Below the pieces are notes generated by a model. The model was not told the DNA's origin. It made no database searches and saw only the letters and a list, made by a program, of their open reading frames with translations. A stretch of 63,576 nt of DNA, the filler included, from Octopus bimaculoides (taxonomy: Eukaryota), in assembly GCF_001194135.2 (NCBI RefSeq). It is 6 parts of 6 records of this genome, joined end to end, with 100 filler letters (N's around TTAATTAATTAA, not from the genome) between each part and the next. Parts side by side here need not be neighbours in the genome. Positions count along the whole stretch, not along the records: positions 37,579 to 39,538 come from NW_026341838.1; positions 39,639 to 48,487 come from NC_068995.1; positions 48,588 to 55,390 come from NC_068985.1; 3 more parts are not named here. One strand, 5' to 3'. Positions 37,771 to 52,330 of this stretch are shown in pieces. Each line of letters begins with the position of its first letter. Position 1 is the stretch's first letter. Position numbers and translations under genes: made by a program.

Positions 37771-38340
37771 GTAGTGGTGGTGATGGTGATGATGGTGGCG
37801 GTGATGATGATGGTTAGTGGTGGTGGTGGTGGTGATGATGATGATGATGATGATGGTTAATAGTGATGCTCATGTTGATGTTGCTTCTGATGCTGATGAT
37901 GGCTGATGATGATGGTGGCGGTGGTGGTGATGATGATGATGGTTGATGGTGGTGGTCATGACGATGATGATGATGATGATGAACAGCTACCATATCCGAG
38001 GGAATGGGGGGGACGGGCGGACGGGGAGAAAGCTGTATGGATGGATCTGTTATGCAATGATAGTTTTCGAGATCAATAGGGCAAACGGACTGGAGAGCAA
38101 AGAAAAGTATTGAAGACGTCACTATGACAACGGAGAATAATATTCCTCCTAGTCCTCCTCCTTCTTCTTCTTCATCCTCTTCTTCTCCTTCATCTTCCTC
38201 CATCTTGTCGCCATCTCCACTTGCAGCACCCTCCGCCGCCACCGCCACCACAACAACAACAACAACAACAAAAACAACAATTACAAGTACCGCCATCACC
38301 GCCGCCGCCATCACCACTTACAGTCCTGGTGGCCACCTCT
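37579..38340. repeat. Trinucleotide low-complexity block (GGT, GAT, CCT, CAA)
   Basis: Directly visible; source of the poly-H/E/T ORFs in the track. Confidence 0.9.
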
Positions 38341-39198
38341 TCAACTAAAAATCCCACAATTCTAATCACCATCAACAATGCTACTTTAATCAACACGGTG
38401 TTGAGACATTTATTGAAATTACATATATGTATATATACATATGTATGTGTGTATACATATGNNNNNNNNNNNNNNNNNNNNNNNNNNNNNNNNNNNNNNN
38501 NNNNNNNNNNNNNNNNNNNNNNNNNNNNNNNNNNNNNNNNNNNNNNNNNNNNNNNNNNNNNNNNNNNNNNNNNNNNNNNNNNNNNNNNNNNNNNNNNNNN
38601 NNNNNNNNNNNNNNNNNNNNNNNNNNNNNNNNNNNNNNNNNNNNNNNNNNNNNNNNNNNNNNNNNNNNNNNNNNNNNNNNNNNNNNNNNNNNNNNNNNNN
38701 NNNNNNNNNNNNNNNNNNNNNNNNNNNNNNNNNNNNNNNNNNNNNNNNNNNNNNNNNNNNNNNNNNNNNNNNNNNNNNNNNNNNNNNNNNNNNNNNNNNN
38801 NNNNNNNNNNNNNNNNNNNNNNNNNNNNNNNNNNNNNNNNNNNNNNNNNNNNNNNNNNNNNNNNNNNNNNNNNNNNNNNNNNNNNNNNNNNNNNNNNNNN
38901 NNNNNNNNNNNNNNNNNNNNNNNNNNNNNNNNNNNNNNNNNNNNNNNNNNNNNNNNNNNNNNNNNNNNNNNNNNNNNNNNNNNNNNNNNNNNNNNNNNNN
39001 NNNNNNNNNNNNNNNNNNNNNNNNNNNNNNNNNNNNNNNNNNNNNNNNNNNNNNNNNNNNNNNNNNNNNNNNNNNNNNNNNNNNNNNNNNNNNNNNNNNN
39101 NNNNNNNNNNNNNNNNNNNNNNNNNNNNNNNNNNNNNNNNNNNNNNNNNNNNNNNNNNNNNNNNNNNNNNNNNNNNNNNNNNNNNNNNNNNNNNNNNN

Positions 39199-39251
<53 letters not shown>

Positions 39252-39495
39252 AATATACATTCACACACACACACAGATATATACACACAGGCACACACAC
39301 ACACATATATATATATATAGAGAGAGAGAGGGTGAGACAGTGGAGAAACAAAAACGAAAGAAAAGAAGGAAATGGATGTAAAGTTGGACCGACAGACATA
39401 GATCTTCAGAATTCATTCTGTATAATATAAGCATGCATACACACACACAAACACACACATATGTATTCACATACATATATACATACATTAGTGTA

Positions 39496-39538
<43 letters not shown>

Positions 39539-40049
39539 NNNNNNNNNNNNNNNNNNNNNNNNNNNNNNNNNNNNNNNNNNNNTTAATTAATTAANNNNNN
39601 NNNNNNNNNNNNNNNNNNNNNNNNNNNNNNNNNNNNNNACCATAGAAAATGTGTCATCAGCTAATATTTAATTGGGTATGCAACAAAATTTTGATATAGA
39701 AGAATTGCGCACATCACTAGATTATCAATTGAATTTAATGCACAGAAGAACAGGTGTACCATAAAGGTAAAATAAACTGAAATACTGGAATTTGTTTTTG
39801 AAGAAAACTAGAAAATTGAATACAACTAAATGAAATATACTCACACACATACATAAATACACAGGAACATATATAATAAAGATTTACAATAGAAATTAAA
39901 TCAAAACTTGTCACTCACTTTAAAGGTAAATTAAAATCACAGGTTAATTAAAATTACAGGTAAATTAAAATAAAAAGTAAAACTAAGTAAATTTGAAAAA
40001 TATTTATACAATCTAATTATACATATATACAAAAAATATTTACACAATA

Positions 40050-41947
40050 TTTCTATTATGGAAAGTTGTAAAACATCCCACTCTACAGAATGCTCATTGG
40101 AAAGACATTTCAACTGGCCGTCCACTGAGAGTTTTTCTTTGTTGATGTAGACATTCACAGCACTGCTTTTGCGACCCCTGATTTTTTCTAATTTATCTAG
40201 ATCAACTGAACTGAGAAGGAGATCTCTCTGGCAGGCTTTGCTTTTCCTTCCTGCAGTTATTTTTTTTGGAGGAATAACCTGCCCTCAACTGCGTTGCAAC
40301 ATCTGCTCACAACTTCAGATGGTCACTGCTTGCGAACCCCTCCTAATTTGGTATATAATATGAATGCATTTACAATGCTCATGTTTACTATATACCAAAC
40401 CAGGTATCGCCACCATTTATTACCCGGTCTACCAACCGGATAATAACTCATCATCTGGTTCAGCCGATCCACACCACCCATGTACCTGTTATAATCAAGA
40501 TTCACAAAAGGGGTGCCATTTTCATCTACACATGGTTGTGCACTGGTAGATAGAAAATTTATCTGCCTCTTATCTCTGTATGCGGTTGCTAGCAGATTTC
40601 CTTTCCGCCGTTGGATTATTTCACTTCTTTTTGTTAATTTTGCTTTTCTTTATATCCAACAGCAGTCCTTTTCTACTTAGTCATTATTGTAGCACATGTA
40701 TACGTTTCCACAGCTTCTAAATCCACCGCAAGTTTGACCGAACTAAAAAATCAGTCAAAAAATAATATATGGCCCTGGTTATGGTATGGACGTGATAAAT
40801 TCCAGACCACATCGTACCCTAGGCCATGCTGACTAACCTTATTGTTTCTTTTCCCTGTATAAAAGCTAAATCCACAGCAGTACCCAGTATTTGCTTCACA
40901 AATTTTCCAAACTTTGATCCCCCATTTTGTGGGCTTTCCTGGCATATGCTGTCGGAAGCATACTCTTCCTTTATACCCCACCATGCCCTCATCGACGGAT
41001 AAGTATCTCTGAGGCTTGTAAAATGTTTTATATGCATTTTGAATGCAGTCGATGAGGGGTCTTATTTTAAATAAGGGATCAAAGCTTGGTTCTCCACGTA
41101 CTGGGGTACTGCTAGTGTCTCTCACATGTAAATATTAGTTCAGCTTCACGAATCGTACTCGCGTCATAATACTGGAAACATATTCATTGCCAAAAGGTTC
41201 CTGATTGCTCCAGTAATTTGTTATTCTGGGTAACTGTCTAATACCCATTATAATATTTATGGCAAAAAATGCCCGTATTTCATTTATGGTTGCGGGGAAA
41301 CCACAAGCTATCTTTTTTAGCGGCTTGTTTACATTCTGTGTAACGGTTTGTTTCCGCAGTAATCATTTCAAACAAGCATGCTGGAAAAAATAAGAAAAAG
41401 ACATCTAAAGGTTTCGCTTCCTGAGAAAGACTATGGGTAGGCCCTGTCTCCTCAGAAAAATTGTTAATAAAAATATTTTTAAAATCTTTACACCATTCTA
41501 GTGTAAAAATCATCCTCGCCGTCGCTGCTTTCAGTTTCGGATACAGAAATATCCGATTCATTATCGCTCACCACGTGCTTTTGTAGCTCATTCATTCTTT
41601 TCTTCGATATCTCCATATCTTCTGTTGAAAAGTCTTCAATTCAGAATCACTGCTTGATAGCATGAAACTCCTCTCCATCTTCAAAGTTGAAAAAAATTAA
41701 TACCGCAAAAAATGCGGAAAGAATCTTCCAAAATTAACTGGGTTCAAATATCACGCCAAACAATGTCAGATACAATAACTCAACTGTTTGCAAAGTGAAA
41801 TCACGTGTTTTAACGAATGTACTAATGAGATTTGGGTTCAAATTTACATTTAAATATCAATGGGTACTCTCGGCCGCCTATGGCCGGGTTGGTCTTATGA
41901 ACCAAAAAATTTTTCGGCTGGCTACGGCCAGGTTAATAACAAAAGGG
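40050..41947 (-). mobile_element. Decayed piggyBac (PGBD4-like) DNA transposon
   Basis: Broken ORFs carry the triad motifs LSVDEGMV, ILFFD and YNRYMGGVDRLNQ, plus KPTKWGIKVW and a C-terminal Cys-rich remnant (KQCCECLHQQRKTLSGRPVE...FCRVGCFTTFH). One terminus CCCTTTT abuts TTAA at 41948-41951; the other end is not seen before the 39539-39638 gap. Contains stops and frameshifts. Confidence 0.92.
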
Positions 41948-42479
41948 TTAAAATTGGTAATCTCTTTCAGTCATCATTAATCCTATTCTCCAATCAAGCT
42001 ACATCCTTTCATATTTTAATCTTGGCCAAGAGATGTGCTTTATCCTTCTGTGCTTGTATCACTACTATAACACATACTGCTACCAACCTTTATGTCAATG
42101 TCCATGGTACACTTGCTATCCAACCTTTTATTTTCCTCTTTAGAAATCCTATGCTAAACACAATATACAAAGTCTACCAGTAAATGAAATTTCAATTACC
42201 CTACCTCAACTTTTCAAGCTCTGTATATATTAACCTAACCTCACTCAGTTCCTTTCAACAACTACAATTTTTGTTTAAAGCCCTTAAAAAATCATATTAA
42301 CATTCAACCTCACCCAAATACTTCACCCTATAGAAGAACATTATAGTTCACTTGAAGTATTGAAGTACAGAAGTAGAATTTGTTTATTATTCTATTTCAC
42401 CAAATACTTTCAAATATTTTCTTTGTTTTGTGAAAATACAAATGCATACAAATGCATATGTGGTGATAATTTTTAATAT

Positions 42480-43560
42480 TAAAGACATAGGTCATTCAAA
42501 TTACACATACTTTAGAGTCACTCTTCTTCCTGTCCTTCACTGCAGATTAATAATGGGTTCCAAGTAGAATTAACATGCACAGGAGGCTACAGGCTATTTA
42601 CGGAAAGGGAAACCAAGCACTGAAGGCAAACCATGAAGTGTGTGCTTGAATTGATTTGAGCAAATAGACAAGTTACAACCTGTGAGATTGCTGCACAACT
42701 AGACTGTAGTCACAATACATTACAGAAAAACGGAAGATTTTGGGTACCAGAAAGTGTGTACCCCAGTAGATGACACCCAGTTCAAAGGTGAGAAGGGTGG
42801 AAGTCCACAAGTGTCTGAAGCCCATGAAGATACATTTTTCCAAATTTGGTGATAGGGGATGAAAGATGGGCATATTTATGATCTGGAAAAAAGGTTCAGT
42901 ATATGCAATGGAGTTACTCCTATTCTCCAAGACCTAAGAAGTTTGTAAGACAGCAATCAACATAGTAAGTATGCCAACAGATTTTGGTGATGACAAAGTT
43001 GTCATTCTCTTGGATTTTCTGGAATGTGGCTGTTTCATGAACAACAAGCAATACACTGAATCAGTCAAAAATGAATAAAAGCTTAGAAAAGCCATTAAGA
43101 GGAAGAGACCAAACAAGAATCTGAAGATGAACCACATTTATCATGATAGTGCACAACCACACATCTTTGGCAACAAATCAAGCAATCAGTAAAGCGAGTT
43201 GGTCCGTGCCCCCACCCCTCCAACACACAACTTGGATCTGTTGCCTTTTAACTTTGATCTAACTGTTGCCTTCTAACTTTGGTTCAATAAAGAACAGTTT
43301 TCAGAGAAATGATTTGATGACACATATGAGGTTAGAATAGCTATAAAGAAGTGGATAAAAGAGAGAAAACCCAAATGTTTTCTAAGGATTCAAGAGTTGG
43401 GTGCACTGATGTTGCAAATGCATCACTTGTGATAGAGTCTATGTCGAGGGATACTTTTGTATTAAGGTGGAATTATCCTACCAGCAAATGCAATTCGAAC
43501 AACCTACATCAGTTAATAAAAAAGTTAGGCTCACTTTGGTATTACTTTTGGTACAATTCG
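42480..43560 (+). mobile_element. Decayed mariner (DD34D-type) transposon
   Basis: Degenerate motifs GYQKVCTP, (I)GDERWAY..DLE, KLRKAIKRKRP, YHDSAQPH and P..PDL..FNF in mariner order, with many stops. Confidence 0.75.
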
Positions 43561-43638
43561 CATATCATACTCAGAAATATTAATGTAAATTTAAAAACAG
43601 TAATTTAAATGTGCTGCAAAAAAAGAAAAAAAACTTAC

Positions 43639-43824
43639 CTCATTTAATTTATTATGCCTAAGATCCAATACTTTAAGACGCTTTAAGTTTGCCAGGGATT
43701 CAGGGAGTGTTGTCAGGTTATTTTCACTCAACGCAAGTGTTTGCAGATTATTTAACCAACCAATTTCTGTGGGGAGCACTGATAATCGGTTTCCATACAA
43801 ATAAAGCTCACTCAGCTGTGTTAA
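43639..43824 (-). CDS. SHOC2: SHOC2/Sur-8 leucine-rich repeat protein, internal coding exon (62 codons, phase 0-0)
   Basis: Translation [62 protein letters not shown] closely matches the SHOC2 LRR2-4 region as I recall it (LTQLTELYLYSNKL...LALSENSLTSLP...[10 protein letters not shown]). Flanked by tttcag acceptor and GAG|gtaagt donor. Confidence 0.86.
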
Positions 43825-45329
43825 CTGAAATGTACAAAATTAATCTTACAATTAATGTCAACAAAGATATTACAAATAAAGCAGCTACAAATAACTGATT
43901 TAATCAACATAAACACTCACTAGAAAAAAAAAATACACAAACAAGATTTGTGTGAAAATACAAACTTGAATATGTAAAAAAAAACAAATAAAAACTAGCA
44001 CAGTGAACATATTTTCAACGCTGTAGATCAAACTGAGAATGGAAATATTGATATTAATGACAATATCTCCATGAAAAAGAAATTCCTTAGCTGGATTTTA
44101 TTCTTTACTTTCATTCAAATGCTAAGACATCTATGTTTCAAAAAGTTCATATGTGAATAGAGTAGCAAATATACAAGTCATCAATGCCCCGATGCTTATT
44201 AATTAATACTAATTAAACAAATTATTCTAAATAGAATTAAATAAGAAGTGTCAACATAGTTAGCCAACAATAGAAGCCCCAACAAATAATTAGCCTACAA
44301 TAAAACTACATTGAGAAAAATAAGAGACAACAGTGCAGAGCAAGTCAAATAAATATGGCTATTATCATCATCACCAATTTATTGTTTGTCTTGTATGTTG
44401 GGTACAGGCTGAATGGTTCAACAGGATTCAATGAAGCAAAGAACTACATTGGCTTTGGCATGATGTTTACAGTTGGATACCTGTTCCAAAACCAATCACT
44501 TTACAGAGTATGGAGGATGCTTTCTTTTTTATGGCACCAGCACTAGTGAGGTCACAAAACTGATTTAGAGTATAATAGAGATGGAGGTGGCATTATGCTC
44601 AGTGATGAGAGATTAAAGTATTAAAGAAGAGGCAGGAACAGGTTTCCTGTTGCAGAATCAATACATTATATAAGAATTGGTGGGAACAATCAGAGTGGAG
44701 ATATAAAAGAGATAAAGATGATGGTGAAGAGGTATCAAAGTGCACCTTCAAGATACAACAAGGTGAATAAAAGACAGAAGGGGGTACTGGAGAGAAGGGA
44801 AATTTTGCAAGGGACAGTGAGAGATGATTAGAGATGGGGGTGAATGTAGTGAATGGTGAATAAGAATGGAATGGTTAATGCTAAATATAAGGTGATAGAG
44901 TACAGGAAGGGTGAAGAGATGCAGAATAAAAATACAGTAGGTAAAGGAAGGGTGAAAGGAAGATTACAGCTGAGTGGTGGGTGGATAGGTTACAAGAGTG
45001 TGTGTGAAGAATGAGAGCAATATGTTGATAGGGGTGGAGTGATCAGAGGTATATAAGGGTGAGTCAATAGGAGGTGATTCAGGAAAGGGGGAGTGTAACT
45101 GGCAGCATAGAAAAAGTGATCAATGGAAAATATGAGTGGGAAGGGACAGTGTTAAGAATGAAAGATGGGTGGCAAAGGAATTGGTTCTGGGGAGAGAGAG
45201 AGATAACTGGTCACACAGAACTGGATGATGAAATAAACAGTTCTGCTCTCATTTAATTACAGCAGCAGAATACTATAGTAGTTAAAAGAGTGATGGAAGG
45301 ATCAGTGACAGAGAGATGAAGTGGGGAGA

Positions 45330-46833
45330 AAATATAACAAGGAGAGGAGTGAGGGGTTTAGTTATGTGTATACACATTATGCTTCCAGAACCAGTTTCAC
45401 TGTGATGGGTGGGTTTTTTCAAGCACTGCATCAAATTCAGCCTTCACTGAATTCCTGGTTTCTCTGTTCCACATTTAGAGATCAATACGTTATACAACTG
45501 TCCTCATTCATACATATCACATGACCATATGTATTACATGATCACATCAACACAGTCTTCTCTCATGATGGCACCAGGATTTATCTACAAGCCCACGAAG
45601 GCCTTCAAAAATAAGAATAAAAACCTGCTGCCTGTCCACTGGATGCACAACCTAAAGGCTTGGATTTCAAAAAGTCTAACCTTGAATGGGTTCCACCAAT
45701 GCTTTATCCCTCAAGCCAAGGAATACCTCCAAAATGTTTGCATGGAATTCAAGATGCTGCTTGTTATGGATAATGCTGGTAGTCATTTTTTGGATTTGAA
45801 TCACAAGGGAGTCCAAGTCGAGTTCCTCCCTACCAACATCACCTCCTTCATCCAGCCTATGGATCAAAGCATGATCCATGCCTTCAAGGCACTTTACACT
45901 TGGAACTCTCTCCAACTTGTGGATGCAATGGATTCAGACAAGAATTTCAAGTTAAAGGAGTACTAGCATAATTTCCTGATTGCAACACGCCTATCAGACA
46001 TCCACACTGCCTTTAAAAATATGAAAAAATAAACCCTCATCACATGCTGGAAGAAGGTGTGGCCAGAGTGTGTACAGGATTACGTGGGCTTCTCACCTGA
46101 AGATATTCAGCACAAGGCTGTAAAAAATGCGGTGAAACTGGTAAAGGTACTTGGTGGCAAAAGGTTTTGATATCGTACAAGATGAAGCCACCAACCTCAT
46201 CGATGCCCACTTTGAAACCCTGATAGATGAAGATTTGTTGGAGTTAACGAAGTCTGCGAGCAAAGAGGAGAAGGAGGCACCAGATCCAGAGGAAGAGGAG
46301 GATGAGGTAGGCCTGGCAATCAAACATCTGTCCAACCTTTTAAGGACACCAAAGGAATTGCAAGAAAAGGTGGAAGCATGGGATTCCTATATGGCTCGGT
46401 CTCTCCAATTTAAAAATGCCATAAATGCTGCCATGCACACATATAAAACTCTTCTCATCACCATGAAGAAACAACGACAGCAACTTCCCATCACAATGTT
46501 CCTCAAGCCCACCAAGAAAGCCTTGTATGAAGATAAAATATCCCCTAAAACACCTGAAGAAGAGGTGTCACCTAACGAGCTTTAAATTTTCTTTGCTGTG
46601 CATTCATTACCTTCATTATTTTCATCATCAGCATTTAAAATCAATATCATTCATTATTGATGAGTAACCGTACATTTTACTTAATTTTTTATTAAATTAT
46701 TATTATTAAATATATATATTACATTATATTTTGACATTTATAGACATTTTTATGGACCACGTCCAATATTTGTGGTTTGTCATTATTTGCGGGTGTTCTA
46801 GGAATGTAACCCCAGCGAATACTGGGGGACTAC

Positions 46834-46835
<2 letters not shown>
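45330..46835 (+). mobile_element. Decayed pogo/Tigger (TIGD1-like) DNA transposon
   Basis: ORFs 45529-45966 and 46151-46585 show DDE_1 motifs (KNKNKNLLPVHWMHNLKAWI, LLVMDNAGSH, FLPTNITSFIQPMDQSMIHAFKALY). Tigger-type 3' TIR gcgaatactgggggactactg ends at 46835. Confidence 0.9.
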
Positions 46836-46864
<29 letters not shown>

Positions 46865-48229
46865 CTATCTATATATATATATATATATATATATATAGCA
46901 ATAAGAAAATGGAAGGGAATAGGTGGTATTCATCAACTTGCAGATATTGTATTGTGTCAATTTACCTGTTTATTTGTTAACTAAGAGGACAGTAATAACA
47001 ATACACAAACACATGCGACATATTATGTCATATCAGGTCACTAAATGTCCTTTTTTAATTACTATATAAATTAAGGGTAAAATATCCTTTTACCCGCACC
47101 CATTTATTGCACTTGGTAATACGAAGGAAAAAACACTAGTGTAATAATAATTGGGTATTCTTCCGGCAGTNNNNNNNNNNTATATATATATATATATATG
47201 AAATGTATTTTGGAGAACATTAAAGTGACCATAATATAGGTAGTCTCAGGTAAATCAAAACTTAAATTCTGATACTTCATCGAGGATAAGTAGGTGGTTT
47301 GGGTATAGAAAATCATTGTAAGATCATTGTTAAGTAGGTATGGAAGTAAAAAAGGAAGACAAAGAAAAACAGGCACAGCAAGTATATTTGTATAGAATGC
47401 AAATAAATGAAAATAATGATGTAATAATCTTCAATTTACAACTGTTTCGGATAGATTATACCCTCTTTTTTTTTTTGCCTGCTATTTTTACTTTTGTAAA
47501 TATATATCATTTCTAACAGTGGGTGAATATGTTCTTAAGGTCAACTTTTAGTCACTCGTGAGCATTTCAAGACTTCATTTCTAATTCATTCCTCAACTAA
47601 ACTGAATGAGGCTTTTTAGCATTCGTGATCCAGTCTTAGGCTATATTTGGGGATAAAATAATTGAAATTTGGTTCATGAAAAAAAGAAAATAAGATCAAA
47701 AATGAAAGAGTGAGGTGAAAAATTGATTTTGAATAAAAATATCTTAGTTGTTTTAAAAAAAAGTTTAGATTAATTGAGTAAAGAATGTGCTCATTGAGAA
47801 GAGTCTTTTGGTTAAAACCTCATTAGAAAGTATTACCTACAAAAAAAGTAGTATGGCTTTAAGTGATGAAAAAAATGGTAACTCAAAACCTGACTTTGAA
47901 TCAAAATGTCTCAGTTATTGTAAAAGAATAGTTCTATTCAAATGAAAGAGCTCTATGAGATGAATCTTATGGTGAAAACCTCATCAAAAAAATATTATCT
48001 ACAAAACAAGTGGTGTGGCTTTAAGTGACAACAAAAGGTGATCATTTTCACCAATTAAAATATTGTCATTTTAAGATATTTAGCATGATAAAAAACAATA
48101 TCTGATGTCTCTGTAGCAGCCAGATAGGCACCTTTTTTTCCCCATGTTTTCTACGGCTATTTATCCAGTTTTCTAAGTGGTTTTCACTGCTATTCTGTGT
48201 TTGAGGTTTCCTTTATGTTTTGTAAAATA

Positions 48230-48487
48230 CCAATGCATGTGGCCCTTCAAAGAAATAGGGAAAGAGGGCGGCTTATAAATGCCAAAACCTACCCTGGCGA
48301 AGAATGTACCCCACAACATAGATTAGTAGTTAGCGACTTTGGGATCAAGGCAAAATGGGTGCCCAGAATTAGACAGGCTTGGAGAAGAAGGGTGTGGAAG
48401 CTTAAAGACCCTGCAAACGGACAGAGACTTAGAGACAAGTTACTTGAAGCATTTAACGAAATAGAAGGGGATATAGCATCATACAAC
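48230..48487 (+). mobile_element. RTE-clade LINE endonuclease/linker fragment, cut by a gap
   Basis: KTYPGEECTPQHRLVVSDF...RRRVWKLKDP, typical of the RTE APE C-terminus. Confidence 0.8.
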
Positions 48488-48587
48488 NNNNNNNNNNNNN
48501 NNNNNNNNNNNNNNNNNNNNNNNNNNNNNNNTTAATTAATTAANNNNNNNNNNNNNNNNNNNNNNNNNNNNNNNNNNNNNNNNNNNN

Positions 48588-49130
48588 TGTGAGGGATCTG
48601 CTTCCCTGTTTGAAAACCGGGATTACAGAGTGGGACAGGAGCTGTTTCGGTATATAACCTGAGTCTAAAGAATTTCTCCAGAGGTTGGTCAGAGGGACTG
48701 CAAGTTGGTGTCTACATTCCTTCAGGAGACTTGAGGGGAATCTATCAGGGCCTACAGCAGAATAGTATTTGACTTCATTTATTGCTGCTATGATGGTTGA
48801 AGCAGTGAAGGTTATGTCCGAGATTTTATGTTGGGAATCAATTTCGTTCGCCTCCCTTACGTCGATATCAGTGGGGTCACTAAAGACAGAGCAATATTGT
48901 TTCTGCAGTATTTCTGCCATTTCTTTAGCATCGTGTTGGGGAATGCCGTTATCATCGGTCAATGGTCCTGTGGGTGAGACAGCGGTTCTATTCTTATTTG
49001 CATAAGAATAAAATACTTTTGGGTTGTGTTTGATGTTTTTGATTACCCACTGTTCCTCCGCAGCTCTTTGATTTTCAATGATGGTTTTCATGTCGGTCTG
49101 CAGATGAAGATTTTCCAACCCCAGCCTTTT
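48588..49130 (-). mobile_element. CR1/Jockey-group LINE ORF2 fragment (tether to RT start)
   Basis: IKHNPKVFYSYAN..GPL..EMAEILQKQYCSVFS..AVGPDRFPSSLLKEC..LAVPLTNLWRNSLDSGYIP..VIPVFKQG. Confidence 0.88.
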
Positions 49131-50834
49131 CATTATTGTTGAATGTGGATGTTGTATGTGGGAGTATTTTAATTGGTTTTTTATTGAGTCTTTTGATGCA
49201 CCTGATGAGTGCTTTTTTCTTTTTAGGGAGCCGGTTTCTGTATATATGTTTTTTTTTTATATTTATATGCGTATGTGTATATGTATGGGTATATGTATAT
49301 ATATATATATGAGTGTGCATTTTTTAGTCTATGTGTTAGTATATATGTATATATATGGANNNNNNNNNNNNNNNNNNNNNNNNNNNNNNNNNNNNNNNNN
49401 NNNNNNNNNNNNNNNNNNNNNNNNNNNNNNNNNNNNNNNNNNNNNNNNNNNNNNNNNNNCAGGCAGACAGACAGATACTTCACTAGCAGTGAGCACTTTC
49501 ACTTCTGACTGCTAATAGCATGATAGTGCCCATACATATATATACACATACATACACATACCCGGATACATATATATATACTTACATATATAAAAAAATA
49601 CCTATACACAAAATACGCACCCATACATATTCACAAATACACTCATTTATGAATATATAAAGAAATTTATGCATAAATATATCTGTGCACAAAAATATAC
49701 ATACATCCAATTAAGCATACGTATATGCATATTTATATATTTTTTTATATAAATAGTAGCAATAAAAGTAAAAATAAAAATACATATATGTACACAAAAA
49801 TCTATACAAACACATCTAGTTTCATACAGAAACATGGATATACACACACACACACTCTCCCACAGATACACGTGTATATAACACGTATACTCATACACAC
49901 ATTTTTTTGTATGTACTTGTTGTTACATGAATTTATATATATTCATACGTAATTTAATATACTCCATAGAACGTATGAATAACTGTCGATGTGTGGTAAT
50001 TATTAATAAAGTAGAGGGATATTTAACTGAAGGTGGTTCATATATAAGTGAATGAGATGATAAATGAATGAAAATTAATAAATGAATTAAAGAATAATAA
50101 AGTTAATGGGTTGTCTATTAATCTACATGAAATGATTACTTTATTATTTTATGCTAGACAAGTTGGGCTGAATTAGGAGTTGAAAGAGTAAATCTTGCTT
50201 AAGAAGACAAAGTCAAAAAAATAAAAAATAAGGTTTACTACAGCAATTCCGTAACATATTTGTTAATGTAAAAGTTTTATCGAGTATATTATGGGTGAAT
50301 TTTACTATACATAAACCAAAAATAATGCGCTTTTTTATGTTCAAAGATTTTATATGTTCTAATTTAGGTTAATAAATAAAGAATGTTTAGATAAATTATG
50401 TCAATCGTAAACAATTTTAATCTCCTAACATATGAGGGAGTTAATAACATGCTTTACTAGAACTATTTGATGAACTCATATATTACGGGTTAATTTGATA
50501 GCGTTTTATAAAAACAGTGATTGTTATTTAAATGCTGAAAATACATGTTGTTGCCAATATATATATATATANNNNNNNNNNNNNNNNNNNNNNNNNNNNN
50601 NNNNNNNNNNNNNNNNNNNNNNNNNNNNNNNNNNNNNNNNNNNNNNNNNNNNNNNNNNNNNNNNNNNNNNNNNNNNNNNNNNNNNNNNNNNNNNNNNNNN
50701 NNNNNNNNNNNNNNNNNNNNNNNNNNNNNNNNNNNNNNNNNNNNNNNNNNNNNNNNNNNNNNNNNNNNNNNNNNNNNNNNNNNNNNNNNNNNNNNNNNNN
50801 NNNNNNNNNNNNNNNNNNNNNNNNNNNNNNNNNN

Positions 50835-50877
<43 letters not shown>

Positions 50878-51002
50878 TTTGAAACATTGCCAGATTATAT
50901 TGGGACCTCATGCAGCTGCTGGCTTTGCAGACATCAGTCAAGCCGTCCAACCCCTGCCAGCATAGAAAACAGATGTTAAATGGTAACAATGATGATGATT
51001 TT

Positions 51003-51037
<35 letters not shown>

Positions 51038-51954
51038 CTGTGTGTTACTGTCTCCATACCTTAACATCATGTGGTACTTGTAAATGAGTGTCACTATCAT
51101 GCTAGTGGTGTCCCAAATTTCCAATCTTCCATGAAAACATGTCTGGTCTTTGGGAAATATTGCCTTGTTTGGAAACAAGTGTGGGTTGGCAACCGGAAGG
51201 GCATCTTGCAGAAGAAATTCCATGAAGCACCTCACTCGTATGACTGTGATATTCACAGCTATCACATTGTATTTAGGTAAGGAGATTTTAACAGACACAC
51301 ACACACAGACACACACACACACAGTGTTCTCTGTCCACTACTTGACAAGTGATGGTGGATTGTAATGTTTACATCCCTGTAATCTAGTAGTTCAGCAAAA
51401 GAAACTGATAGAATAAGTACCAAGTTTAGAAAGAAAAAAAAAGAAGTACTGGGGTGAATATGTTTCATTAAATCATTCAAGATGGTGCTCCAGCAAGGCC
51501 ACAGTGCAGTGACTGAAACAACTAAATGATACTACTACTCCTCCTGTTTGCTTCTTTTGTTGTGGAGGTTAGTTTTAAACCTAGGAATTGTTCTTTGTTC
51601 AGTCTGTATAAAGTGTGTCAATTGCTGACCTGAAACAATAGATAACAAATGTACTGAAGTAAATTGGCATTTTTATCTATGCTGTTGTTACTGTCATTGT
51701 TGTTTACTGAGTCAATGAGGAACAGTAGAGTTGGAGGGACACTTTAGAACTATGGTTTTCAGCTGGGGTCCATATAAGATTTTGTTGTTGAAAATTCATG
51801 TGCAATAAATTGGTTATACTTCTACAATACACAAAATATTTAAAATATTTTTTTATACAATTCCTAATATTTAATTATAAAAATATAATAGGATTTTACA
51901 TTTATGAATTTGTTTTACTGATGTGAAATTGTGTGTTGAAACAGCTATTGCTAT

Positions 51955-52330
51955 ATTTTGAGATGGTCATTTTTTTTTCCTTGCCAAATAAATACATGCA
52001 CTATATATATTCATTCTTCACTTCAGCTTTATTCTTATTCTTATTTTATCTTACGTTCATTATCTGTAAATCTTTCGACACACATCTGTGTCCTCTTCAG
52101 TGACTCTTCGATCCCATGTATATCCTCCTGTTCTGTTTAGTCCACACTGTCTGGACTAAACAGGAGGATACACGTGGGATGTAAGAATCACTTAAGTTGT
52201 CACAGATGTGTAACGAAAGATTTCCAGACAATGGACATAAGTTAAAATAAGAACAGTAATAAACAAGTGAAGAATGACTATATAGTGTATGTGTTTATTT
52301 AGCAAGAATAAAATATGAGCATCCCAAAAT
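51955..52330. repeat. Long fold-back inverted repeat (arms about 190 and 179 bp, 7-nt loop)
   Basis: Arms 51955-52144 and 52152-52330 pair throughout (e.g. gtttagtcca/tggactaaac, acacatctgtg/cacagatgtgt, attttgagatggtcat/atgagcatcccaaaat); loop cactgtc. Confidence 0.9.
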
